64,000 bases of DNA, taken from positions 6,896 through 70,895 of the forward strand of contig JBAZLC010000002.1 of assembly GCA_041650415.1 (NCBI GenBank), given 5' to 3'. Numbering within the stretch: position 1 is the stretch's first letter; every line of letters starts with the position of its first letter. The DNA is from Minisyncoccota bacterium. Its GTDB lineage: Bacteria > Patescibacteriota > Minisyncoccia > UBA6257 > UBA9933. The translations under genes were made by a program, and so were the position numbers. The notes below the pieces were generated by a model. It saw nothing but the letters and a program-made list of their open reading frames with translations, searched no databases and was not told the DNA's origin. Positions 45,389 to 53,540 of this stretch are shown here, piece after piece.

Positions 45389-46928
45389 TTTGAGTTTTCT
45401 CCCTTAATCTGTACTGAAACGCCTCGGCTAAATGATTGGCGAAAATTTTCGGCGATTTTTCGATATCGGCTATTGTCTGGGCGATTTTTATTATCCGGTA
45501 ATAGCCGCGCGCCGAAACAAAAGATTTTTCTAAAATATTTTTCAAAAAGTTTTCCGCGTCAGCCGCGAAATTCACCAAATCATCCACCTGTTTGGAACTC
45601 ATTTCTGAATTAAGCCTGATTTTCGTTTTTGCCCCGGTAAATCTTTGTTTTTGTATTTCTCTGGCTTTTTGAACGCTATTTCTCATCTTTTCCGCCGACT
45701 TTTCATCGCGAGTTTTTGCTCTTAAATCGGTTACTTTAACTCTTGGCACTTCTATTTGAATGTCTATTCTATCCAACAACGGCCCGGAAATTTTCTTTTG
45801 ATACCGGAAAACTTCATTAGCGGTGCAGCGGCATTCTTTTTCGGTATCACCGAAATATCCGCAAGGACACGGATTCATCGCCGCTACCAGCGAAAATTTC
45901 GCCGGAAAATTCAAAACACTTTTTGCGCGGGAAACCGAAATCTGTCCGCTTTCAATCGGCTGGCGTAATGACTCGAGTAAATCTCTTCTGAATTCCGGAA
46001 TCTCGTCCAAAAATAAAATTCCGAAATGCGCCAAACTTATTTCTCCCGGCCTGGGATTGGTTCCGCCGCCGACAACAGAAACCGGCGAAGCGGTATGATG
46101 CGGAGCGCGGAACGGCCGGAAATTCAAAAAATTATTTTCTTTCAGCATTCCGGCAGCGCTGTAAATTTGAGTAATTTCAATCGCCTCTTCAAGCGAAGGC
46201 GGAGGCAAAATTGAAGCGAGCGCCTGAGCCATCATGGTTTTTCCGGCGCCCGGAGTCCCAGACATCAAAATGTGATGTCCGCCCGCAGCCGCGACCGTCA
46301 ACGCCCGCTTGGCATTTTCCTGTCCTTTGATTTCCGAAATATCTACCAATGATTGATTATATGCCGGAATGAATTCAACTTCTTTTTGCTCTTTGATTAT
46401 TTTCCTATCTTCAAGATGATTTATAAGTTCCTCAAGGCTTGAAACCGGAATAATTTTTATTCCCCTTATCACAGCCGCTTCTATGGCATTACCCTTAGGT
46501 AAAAATAAAAATTTAAATCCGAGCTTTTTCGCCAGCCGGCTGATATTTAAGGCGCCGCTTATTGGCCGCAAGCCGCCTTCCAAAGAAAGCTCGCCGATAA
46601 AAATTTTATCTCCCGTTTCGAATTGCCTGATTTGTTTTGTCGCCAGAAGATACCCGAGAGCAAGCGCCAAATCGTATTGCGAACCGGCTTTTTTTACGTC
46701 CGCCGGCGCAAGATTAATTGTTATTTTCCTGTTTTCTTTATTTGGCGGTTTTACTCCACTGTTTTTCAAAGCCGAACTCACTCTTTCCTTGGCTTCATTT
46801 AAAGCTTTGTCTGCCAACCCGACTATATTAAAAGAATGGAGGCCAACGTTTATGTCGGTCTCCACCTCTATTAATTTCGCGTCAATTCCTTCAAGCTCGG
46901 CTGAATAAACCTTGGAAAAGTTTTTCAT
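45381..46928 (-). CDS. comM: YifB/ComM family Mg-chelatase-like ATPase
   Basis: Lon-like N-terminal domain; Walker A MSGTPGAGKTMMA; Walker B LFLDEIPEF; 515 aa. Confidence 0.85.
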   Translation of the reverse strand: MKNFSKVYSAELEGIDAKLIEVETDINVGLHSFNIVGLADKALNEAKERVSSALKNSGVKPPNKENRKITINLAPADVKKAGSQYDLALALGYLLATKQIRQFETGDKIFIGELSLEGGLRPISGALNISRLAKKLGFKFLFLPKGNAIEAAVIRGIKIIPVSSLEELINHLEDRKIIKEQKEVEFIPAYNQSLVDISEIKGQENAKRALTVAAAGGHHILMSGTPGAGKTMMAQALASILPPPSLEEAIEITQIYSAAGMLKENNFLNFRPFRAPHHTASPVSVVGGGTNPRPGEISLAHFGILFLDEIPEFRRDLLESLRQPIESGQISVSRAKSVLNFPAKFSLVAAMNPCPCGYFGDTEKECRCTANEVFRYQKKISGPLLDRIDIQIEVPRVKVTDLRAKTRDEKSAEKMRNSVQKAREIQKQRFTGAKTKIRLNSEMSSKQVDDLVNFAADAENFLKNILEKSFVSARGYYRIIKIAQTIADIEKSPKIFANHLAEAFQYRLREKTQNV

Positions 46929-46941
46929 TTCTCAATAAAAT

Positions 46942-47277
46942 TTACTGCATAAGTTTTTTGCACGCCTTGCAAAATCTTGATTCCGGCGCCGCTTCAAGAA
47001 CGTCAGCTGAAATTTTCCTCCCGCATCTTTCGCAAACCCCATATTTATGTTTTTTCATTTTATCCAAAGCCGTATCAACGTCCGCCAATTTTTCTTTGTA
47101 ATCTTGAGATATTGCCATTTGAGTTCCAAACTCCTCCGTTTCATCCGTTTCTTCGTCGCCCGAATCGATGTCATTGCCGAATTCCGGGACTTTCTGAAGT
47201 TTTTTTATCCTCTCTTCAAGAAAACTTCTTAAACGCGTAAGTTGATTTTTAAATTTTATTAAAAGTTGAATATCCAT
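46942..47277 (-). CDS. DksA/TraR family C4-type zinc-finger protein
   Basis: C-terminal CERCGRKIS...CKACK; coiled-coil N-terminal part; 111 aa. Confidence 0.7.
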   Translation of the reverse strand: MDIQLLIKFKNQLTRLRSFLEERIKKLQKVPEFGNDIDSGDEETDETEEFGTQMAISQDYKEKLADVDTALDKMKKHKYGVCERCGRKISADVLEAAPESRFCKACKKLMQ

Positions 47278-47285
47278 ATTTTAAT

Positions 47286-47672
47286 TTATACTGCCGGCAT
47301 TTGCGCCGGGAAAATCCAGTTTGAAAAAACGAAATATCCGAAAAATCCGACAGTAACTACTCCAGCAACAATCGCTATTATTATTAATACTGATTTTATC
47401 CAGCTTGATTTTTCAACGGCTGGCGCGTTTGAATCTTCTTTCGGCAGAATTCCGGACATCGACGAAAAAATCGGTTTTTCCGGCCCAGCGTATCCTGCAA
47501 CTTCAAATTTATTTTCTTGATTCTCTTGAGGCTGCACGAAAGTTTGAGGCGCGGCCATTTCTCCCCCGCCTTGCTCCAATGCTTTAATATCCGAATCCAT
47601 TGTCCTGATGCTTATTTCTGGAGCCGGAGGCGCCGGCACTTCTTTTTTTTGTTCATCAAAATTTCCGTCCAT
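47286..47672 (-). CDS. hypothetical protein with C-terminal TM anchor
   Basis: ORF only; hydrophobic C-terminus. Confidence 0.35.
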   Translation of the reverse strand: MDGNFDEQKKEVPAPPAPEISIRTMDSDIKALEQGGGEMAAPQTFVQPQENQENKFEVAGYAGPEKPIFSSMSGILPKEDSNAPAVEKSSWIKSVLIIIAIVAGVVTVGFFGYFVFSNWIFPAQMPAV

Positions 47673-47722
47673 TAATATATTTTACAATGGCGGGAAATTA
47701 AAGCAAGGGGAAATAAATAAGA

Positions 47723-47989
47723 TTAATTTTTGGAACTGATTTTTGTCAGCATTCCCAAGGCCGTGCCTGTTCCGATTCCCAGCGAATAAACCAAAATCGC
47801 CACAAGACTCCTTTCGGAATCAAGCTTGGTAATTATATTATAGAGTACCAACATTGAAACAACGTTAACCGCGAAAGAATAAAAAGTCGCCGGAATAATC
47901 CGTTCTTTTTGCATAAACCGCCAATTAAGAGTAAGTAAAAAATCCTGCAAAGTTCCGGCTAAAAAATAAATAATTAAATAATAATCCAT
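47723..47989 (-). CDS. hypothetical small membrane protein
   Basis: 88 aa, 2-3 TM helices. Confidence 0.35.
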   Translation of the reverse strand: MDYYLIIYFLAGTLQDFLLTLNWRFMQKERIIPATFYSFAVNVVSMLVLYNIITKLDSERSLVAILVYSLGIGTGTALGMLTKISSKN

Positions 47990-48025
47990 GTTTTAAATTG
48001 AATAAGATTAATAAATTATACCTTG

Positions 48026-48043
48026 TGCGCGGGAGAGGATTCG
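48026..48043 (-). repeat. 18-nt direct duplicate of the tRNA-Leu(GAG) 3' end (T-stem half plus acceptor strand)
   Basis: TGCGCGGGAGAGGATTCG at 48026-48043 is identical to 48173-48190 inside the tRNA gene. Confidence 0.6.
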
Positions 48044-48172
48044 CCTACAAGTAAAATTCCTGACGGAATTTTCTCGCAGGCCGCCCCTCGCCCCGCTTCG
48101 CGGGGCTGCGGTCTTCGAATCCTCCACTAATTCATCAATTTTTGGCATACAAATATGCCAAAAATTTATGAG

Positions 48173-48255
48173 TGCGCGGGAGAGGATTCGAACCTCCACG
48201 ACCTTGCGGTCACTACCACCTCAAAGTAGCGCGTCTGCCATTTCGCCACCCGCGC
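48173..48255 (-). tRNA. tRNA-Leu (anticodon GAG), class II, no encoded CCA
   Basis: Reverse complement GCGCGGGTGGCGAAATGGCAGACGCG-CTACT-TTGAGGT-GGTAG-TGACCGCAAGGTCGT-GGAGGTTCGAATCCTCT-CCCGCGC-A. Confidence 0.85.
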
Positions 48256-48266
48256 ATTTTAAAAAA

Positions 48267-48569
48267 TTAGGACGCCAAACCAATTCTCTTCCGAGTCTTC
48301 TTCTTGGAAAAATCTCTAAGGAAATAAAGTTTTGCTTTGTGGACTTTTTTGGGAGAGCTGACTATTTTTACTTTAACGATATTAGGAGAATTTATCGGAT
48401 AAACTTTTTCCACTCCGACTTCCTGCAAGGTCGCGCGCACCGTAAAAGTCGCACCGCTTTCCTTGCCATGTTTCCTTGCCAAAACCACGCCTTTAAAAGT
48501 CCCAAGCTTATCTTGGACCGCTATTGTGGCGCCTGGTTTTATTTGTTTTAAAATTTGTTCTGGAATCAT
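48267..48569 (-). CDS. rplS: 50S ribosomal protein L19
   Basis: ATFTVRATLQEVGVEKVYPINSPNIVKVKIV...KAKLYFLRD aligns to the conserved L19 core (FTVRKIS.G.GVERVF..SP ... AKLYYLR). Confidence 0.8.
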   Translation of the reverse strand: MIPEQILKQIKPGATIAVQDKLGTFKGVVLARKHGKESGATFTVRATLQEVGVEKVYPINSPNIVKVKIVSSPKKVHKAKLYFLRDFSKKKTRKRIGLAS

Positions 48570-48618
48570 ATAAATAATTTAGTATGGATATACTAATGCC
48601 TTTTTAGAAAAAGGTCAA

Positions 48619-48668
48619 GAATGGCCAATAAAATAAAAAATCGGGAGGAAATCATCGGAACGTCCGAC
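48619..48668 (-). terminator. hairpin plus U-tract terminator downstream of the zinc-ribbon gene
   Basis: Minus-strand hairpin AATCGGGAGAAAGTC...GATTTCCTCCCGATT followed by TTTTTTATTTTATT. Confidence 0.45.
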
Positions 48669-48679
48669 TTTCTCCCGAT

Positions 48680-48964
48680 TCAGGCTGTTGTCGTTTGGAA
48701 CGAAGGAGTGGCGATACGACTCTTATCGCATAATTCGCAGACCTCGATATGAGTATGCACCGGTTTTCCATTTACTCCTTCATTTCTTACGTAGAGATTA
48801 CCGCATCCACGACATTCGACAATTCCATTAGTGTCCCATTTTTTGGCGCAACTTAAACAGGAATAAAACATTTTCTTGCCAACCGATACGCCACTTTTTA
48901 TTATGGAGATTTCAATTACACATTCTACTTCATTATCACAAAATCTGCATTTCACGTTGCGCAC
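48680..48964 (-). CDS. Cys-rich double zinc-ribbon small protein, hypothetical
   Basis: Four CxxC pairs (CRFC, CLSC, CRGC, CELC) in 94 aa; good RBS (GAAGGGGGG) upstream. Confidence 0.4.
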   Translation of the reverse strand: MRNVKCRFCDNEVECVIEISIIKSGVSVGKKMFYSCLSCAKKWDTNGIVECRGCGNLYVRNEGVNGKPVHTHIEVCELCDKSRIATPSFQTTTA

Positions 48965-49050
48965 CCCCCTTCATCACAAAATAAGATTATGAAAAGTTTG
49001 TAAAGACCAAACTTTTAATATTTATATAATAACAAACTTTTTATCCGATG

Positions 49051-49764
49051 TCAAGCCAAAATTTCTCCACTTTTCAGTAAAATCTCCAATTCTTCAGGTA
49101 ATTCGGCTTCCAGCTTGATTCTTCCGCCTTCTTCAGGGCTAAATTCAAGCGATTTAGCATGTAAAAATATCCTTTTTAAGTCGAACGGGTTGGTTTTCTT
49201 GCCATAAAGCGTATCGCCGACAATCGGATGGCCTATTGAAGCCAAATGAATTCTTATTTGATGCGTCCGCCCGGTTTTTGGCGATACTTCAACCAAAGAA
49301 AAATCTTGTCCGTCTAAATTCAAATATTTTAAAACTCTATATTCGGTAACTGCGGCTTTCTCGTCTTTGCCCTGATGAACAGTTCTTTTTATCGTCCCTG
49401 ATTTTATGGAAATCGGCTTATCTATTATTCCCGTTTTTTCTTTTATTTTTCCGTAAACCAAAGCCAGATAATTTTTCTTTATTTGCCGGATTTGAAAAAG
49501 ATTTTTCAAATATTGAAAATATTCCTGATTCCGGGGAACTAATAATATTCCCGAGACATCTTTATCTAATCTATGAACAATCCCCGGCCGGATTTCCGGC
49601 TCATCGCCCACGTTTTTTACCTCGGGATAATTTTCAACCAGCCAGCCGGTTAACGCTGGTTCATTATTCTCTAATTTTACCGGATGAACCAATAATCCTG
49701 CCGGCTTAAAAACTGCCAAAAAATTTTTGCCTTTATAAATAACATAAGGTTCGTTTTGAGACAT
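49051..49764 (-). CDS. RluA-family pseudouridine synthase
   Basis: HRLDKDVSGILLV catalytic-Asp motif. The track ORF extends to 49842 through a tRNA; the real start is most likely the ATG at 49762-49764 (MSQNEPYVIYKG...). Confidence 0.8.
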   Translation of the reverse strand: MSQNEPYVIYKGKNFLAVFKPAGLLVHPVKLENNEPALTGWLVENYPEVKNVGDEPEIRPGIVHRLDKDVSGILLVPRNQEYFQYLKNLFQIRQIKKNYLALVYGKIKEKTGIIDKPISIKSGTIKRTVHQGKDEKAAVTEYRVLKYLNLDGQDFSLVEVSPKTGRTHQIRIHLASIGHPIVGDTLYGKKTNPFDLKRIFLHAKSLEFSPEEGGRIKLEAELPEELEILLKSGEILA

Positions 49765-49848
<84 letters not shown>

Positions 49849-49872
49849 TTATTGGTAATTTTAAACATATTT

Positions 49873-49906
49873 TCTTGATAAAATCAAGAAAAAAACTTAG
49901 AATACA
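49873..49906 (+). promoter_or_regulatory. putative parA promoter with an overlapping palindrome
   Basis: TTGATA, a 17-nt spacer, then TAGAAT. The -35 lies inside the palindrome CTTGATAAAATCAAG. Confidence 0.35.
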
Positions 49907-49909
49907 ATT

Positions 49910-50732
49910 AATGGCTAAAGTAATTTCCATTTGTAATCAGAAAGGGGGCGTTGGGAAAACTACAACGTCCGTCAATTTAAGTTCTTATCTCGCGGCTCTT
50001 GGAAAAAGAGTTCTATTGATTGATTTCGACCCGCAGGCAAATGCCACTTCAGGCCTAGGTATAGACCCCAAAAGCGTCGCCGACAACATTTATCACGGAA
50101 TGATAGGTTATACCGAAGCCGACAAACTTATAAAAAACACGGTTATTTATAATCACCACTTAATTCCAGCCAATCAAAGCTTAAGCGGCGCGCTTATTGA
50201 GCTTGTCAGCCTGGAAGACCGCGAATTTTTACTGCGTAAATTCATTAATCGCCTTCGCCATCAATACGATTATATTTTTATAGACCTGCCGCCGAGCTTA
50301 AACTTGCTCACTCTTAACGGCCTTGTGGCATCCGACGAAGTTTTAATTCCGATTCAATGCGAATATTATAGCCTTGAAGGGCTTAGCCAAATCTTGGAAA
50401 TAGTTGATTTGATAAACAACAACCTCGGACGGCAAATAAAAGTTGCCGGCGGACTCCTGACAATGTATGATAAGAGGGAAAAACTTTCCCGTGAAGTCGC
50501 CAAAGAGGTTCGGACGCATTTCCCGCATAAAGTATTCGATACCGAAATTCCCCGCTCCGTTTCTTTGGCCGAAGCGCCAAGTTTCGGCAAACCGATTATT
50601 CTGCACGACCCGAATTCCCAAGGCGCCAAAGCGTATGAAAGATTAGCAAAAGAAATAATGGAAATGGAATTGGGAATTCTAAACAACGAATTGGGCCGAA
50701 ATCCATTTTATCCGAATAATTTTAATTCTTAA
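49910..50732 (+). CDS. parA: chromosome partitioning ATPase ParA/Soj
   Basis: MAKVISICNQKGGVGKTTTSVNLSSYLA deviant Walker A; track start 49875 trimmed to the ATG at 49910. Confidence 0.9.
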
Positions 50733-50743
50733 TTTATAAATTT

Positions 50744-51823
50744 ATGTTAGGCAAAGGACTGGAATCTTTAATTCCAAAAAAAAACGTTCCCGACGAACAA
50801 CAAACCGGACAACAAACCGAACCGGCAATTTTTCAGCCTCAGCCAACCACCCCAAAAGACTTAGGAGAAAGTTTTTCTTCTCCGAGACCTGCGCAGGCGA
50901 GCGGGCATGGTGTCCCGAGCGAAGCGAAGGACGAGCGAGCCGAGGAACAAGCGAGTCCCGCACGCTGGGAGGGACGAAGCGGGTCGAGGGAAGGAAAAAT
51001 TTCTCATAAATCCACCGACGCCATCTTCCACATTGAGGTCGAAAAAATCAAATCCAATCCCCTTCAACCCAGAAAAGAATTCGACCAAGAAGCCCTAAAA
51101 GAACTGGCGTCTTCAATCCGCGAATTCGGCATTCTCCAGCCGATCGTGGTTTCAAAAACAGAAATAGAAAAAGAATTCGGCGCCGACGTGGAATACCAGC
51201 TTATTGCCGGCGAACGGCGTTTAATGGCGGTTAAATTATTGGGCTGGGAAAGAGTGCCGGCGATAATAAGAAAGGTTGATACGAAAGCCAACCAATTGGA
51301 ACTGGCAATAATTGAAAACCTTCAAAGAGAAAATCTTAATTCTATTGAGACCGCCCGCGCCTATGCCAAACTGCAAGACGAATTCGGTCTGACTCAAAGA
51401 GAAGTCGCCGCCCGAATGGGTAAAAGCAGAGAAACAATTGCCAATGCTTTGCGGCTTTTAAGCTTGCCCATGGAAATCCAGGATGCCATCGCCAAAAATC
51501 AAATAAATGAAAGTCAGGCTCGCCTGCTTATGACAATCGAGGATCAATCCCAACAACAGCAATTATTCAAAGAACTCATTGAAAAAAGCCTGAGCGTCCG
51601 CAAACTCAAACAAAGAATCGGCAAGGCCAATATACAAACCACAAACAATATACAACAAACAACCGTTGACCCGGAAATGCTCGGACTTCAAGAAAAATTA
51701 ACCGAACTTTTGGGCGCCAAAGTAAGAATAGAAAAAGGCCAAAAAGAAGGAAAAATTATAATCTCTTTTTATTCTCCGGAAGAAATCCAGGGAATCATTC
51801 AAAAAATTCAGACCGATTTGTAA
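50744..51823 (+). CDS. parB: chromosome partitioning protein ParB/Spo0J with a low-complexity N-terminal insertion
   Basis: N-terminal LGKGLESLIP; ParB box GERRLMAVKLLGWERVPAII; HTH region. ~85-aa insertion, part of it GC-rich. Confidence 0.85.
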   Translation: MLGKGLESLIPKKNVPDEQQTGQQTEPAIFQPQPTTPKDLGESFSSPRPAQASGHGVPSEAKDERAEEQASPARWEGRSGSREGKISHKSTDAIFHIEVEKIKSNPLQPRKEFDQEALKELASSIREFGILQPIVVSKTEIEKEFGADVEYQLIAGERRLMAVKLLGWERVPAIIRKVDTKANQLELAIIENLQRENLNSIETARAYAKLQDEFGLTQREVAARMGKSRETIANALRLLSLPMEIQDAIAKNQINESQARLLMTIEDQSQQQQLFKELIEKSLSVRKLKQRIGKANIQTTNNIQQTTVDPEMLGLQEKLTELLGAKVRIEKGQKEGKIIISFYSPEEIQGIIQKIQTDL

Positions 51824-53526
51824 CTTATCTCTTTCACTCCCTCCACTTTTTTAAGCTTAAAAACCAAGCCCTCTATTTTTCTTTTATCGCTTATATCGCA
51901 GACCAATTTTATATTTGGAAAACCGCCCGTTTTTATAAAATTAGCGTTCACTATGTTAATGCGCGAACGGGAAACAACCGCAGTAATGTCTTTTAAAATT
52001 CCTATCCTGTCCAAAATTACGATTCTGAATTCCGTACGCGTGTTTTTCTTTTGAGTAAAACTGCTCGATGTTTTAAGTCCGGATTTTATTTTTCTTCTGG
52101 CCTGGTCTGTTTTGGCAAACCGCAGCCACGACTCCGAAGGCTTTTTGCTTTTTTGCATTAAAATCTCCACCATATCGCCAGATTGAAGCTGATAATCAAG
52201 CGGGCTTATTCTGCCGTTTATTTTTACTCCAACGCATTCATCTCCAACCGAACTATGAATGGAATAAGCGAAATCAACCGGTGTCGCTCCAGCCGGCAAA
52301 TCAATAACTTCTCCTTTTGGGGTAATGGCAAAAATCCTGTCTTTGAAAAAATCTATTTTAAGCGATTTTAAAAAGTCTTCCGGATTGGAAAAATCTTTTT
52401 GCCAGTTTTTTAATTGCTGAACCCAAATTAATTCATTTCTATCGGCGAAAGAAATTTTTTTGTCCAAATAATCTTTTGTTCCCTTTTTTTGTTCGTACGC
52501 CCAGTGGGCGGCAATTCCGTTTTCGGATTCTTCATGCATTTCCAAAGTTCTAATCTGAATTTCCGTCGGCTTATTGTCAAGACAAAAAACCGTGGTATGT
52601 ATACTCCGATAACCGTTCGGTTTTGGTAAAGCGATATAATCTTTTATTCTTCCCGGAAGCGGCGGCCAAAGATTATGGACTATTCCTAAAGCCGCATAAC
52701 ACTCTTCTATTGATTTAACAACAACTCGCAAAGCGACCAGGTCGTAAATTTGGTCCAAATTCATATCATGGCGGAGAAGTTTTTTATAAAGCGAACTGTA
52801 ATGTTTCGCCCTAAAATCTATTTTTAAAGGCTCTATGGAATTTTCTTTTAAAGCCTTTCTTAAAACCGGCTCAACTTTTTCCAAATATTTTTGGCGTTCT
52901 TCAAAGCGTTCCTGAACGCTTTCCAAAAGCCACTGATATTCTTTGGGATAAAGATAATGAAACGCCAAGTCTTCAAGTTCACCGGCGAAACCCGTCATTC
53001 CCAAACGATACGCCAGTGGAGCGTAAATCTCGTAAGTCTCAAGGGCTATTCTCTTCTGCTTTGGAAGCGGAAGAAAACGCAATGTTCTCATATTATGATA
53101 CCGGTCCGCCAATTTTATGATTATAACTCTGATGTCATGACTGATCGCCAAAAGCATTTTCCTGATATTTTCCGCCTGTTTTTCTTCTTGGTTACGATAT
53201 TTCAACCGGCCAAGCTTTGTCACACCGTCCACTAAAAAAGCCACTTCCGCGCCGAATTCATTTTTTATCTTTTCCAAATCTATTCCCTTGCCGTCTTCAA
53301 TTACATCATGAAGCAAAGCCGCGGCGATTGTTTGATAATCCAATTGCCATTGAGCAACTTTTAAGGCCGTCTCAAAAGAATGGTTAAAATAAGGTTCTCC
53401 TGATTTTCTTTTTTGTCCGGCATGAGCGGCTTCGGCAAATTTAAAAGCGCGCCTGATAAACTCAATTTCTTTTTCGGATTTAGGAGACTTTTTTTGAAAT
53501 TCGCTTAATAAATCCTTTAAATCCAT
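51808..53526 (-). CDS. rel: bifunctional (p)ppGpp synthetase/hydrolase, RelA/SpoT family
   Basis: HD motif AALLHDVIEDG; synthetase domain; TGS and ACT C-terminal regions; 572 aa. Confidence 0.9.
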   Translation of the reverse strand: MDLKDLLSEFQKKSPKSEKEIEFIRRAFKFAEAAHAGQKRKSGEPYFNHSFETALKVAQWQLDYQTIAAALLHDVIEDGKGIDLEKIKNEFGAEVAFLVDGVTKLGRLKYRNQEEKQAENIRKMLLAISHDIRVIIIKLADRYHNMRTLRFLPLPKQKRIALETYEIYAPLAYRLGMTGFAGELEDLAFHYLYPKEYQWLLESVQERFEERQKYLEKVEPVLRKALKENSIEPLKIDFRAKHYSSLYKKLLRHDMNLDQIYDLVALRVVVKSIEECYAALGIVHNLWPPLPGRIKDYIALPKPNGYRSIHTTVFCLDNKPTEIQIRTLEMHEESENGIAAHWAYEQKKGTKDYLDKKISFADRNELIWVQQLKNWQKDFSNPEDFLKSLKIDFFKDRIFAITPKGEVIDLPAGATPVDFAYSIHSSVGDECVGVKINGRISPLDYQLQSGDMVEILMQKSKKPSESWLRFAKTDQARRKIKSGLKTSSSFTQKKNTRTEFRIVILDRIGILKDITAVVSRSRINIVNANFIKTGGFPNIKLVCDISDKRKIEGLVFKLKKVEGVKEISYKSV

Positions 53527-53540
53527 GCCATCAGTATATC

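Noticed and set aside
48008-48199. Minus-strand 63-aa ORF
   Set aside because: Covers the tRNA-Leu(GAG) 3' region, the GC hairpin and the duplicated tRNA fragment; not coding.
50742-51291. Short ORFs on both strands inside parB (50742..50963 minus, 50861..51088 minus, 50907..51098 plus, 51064..51291 minus)
   Set aside because: Overlap a well-supported ParB reading frame. They arise from the GC-rich, stop-poor insertion segment.
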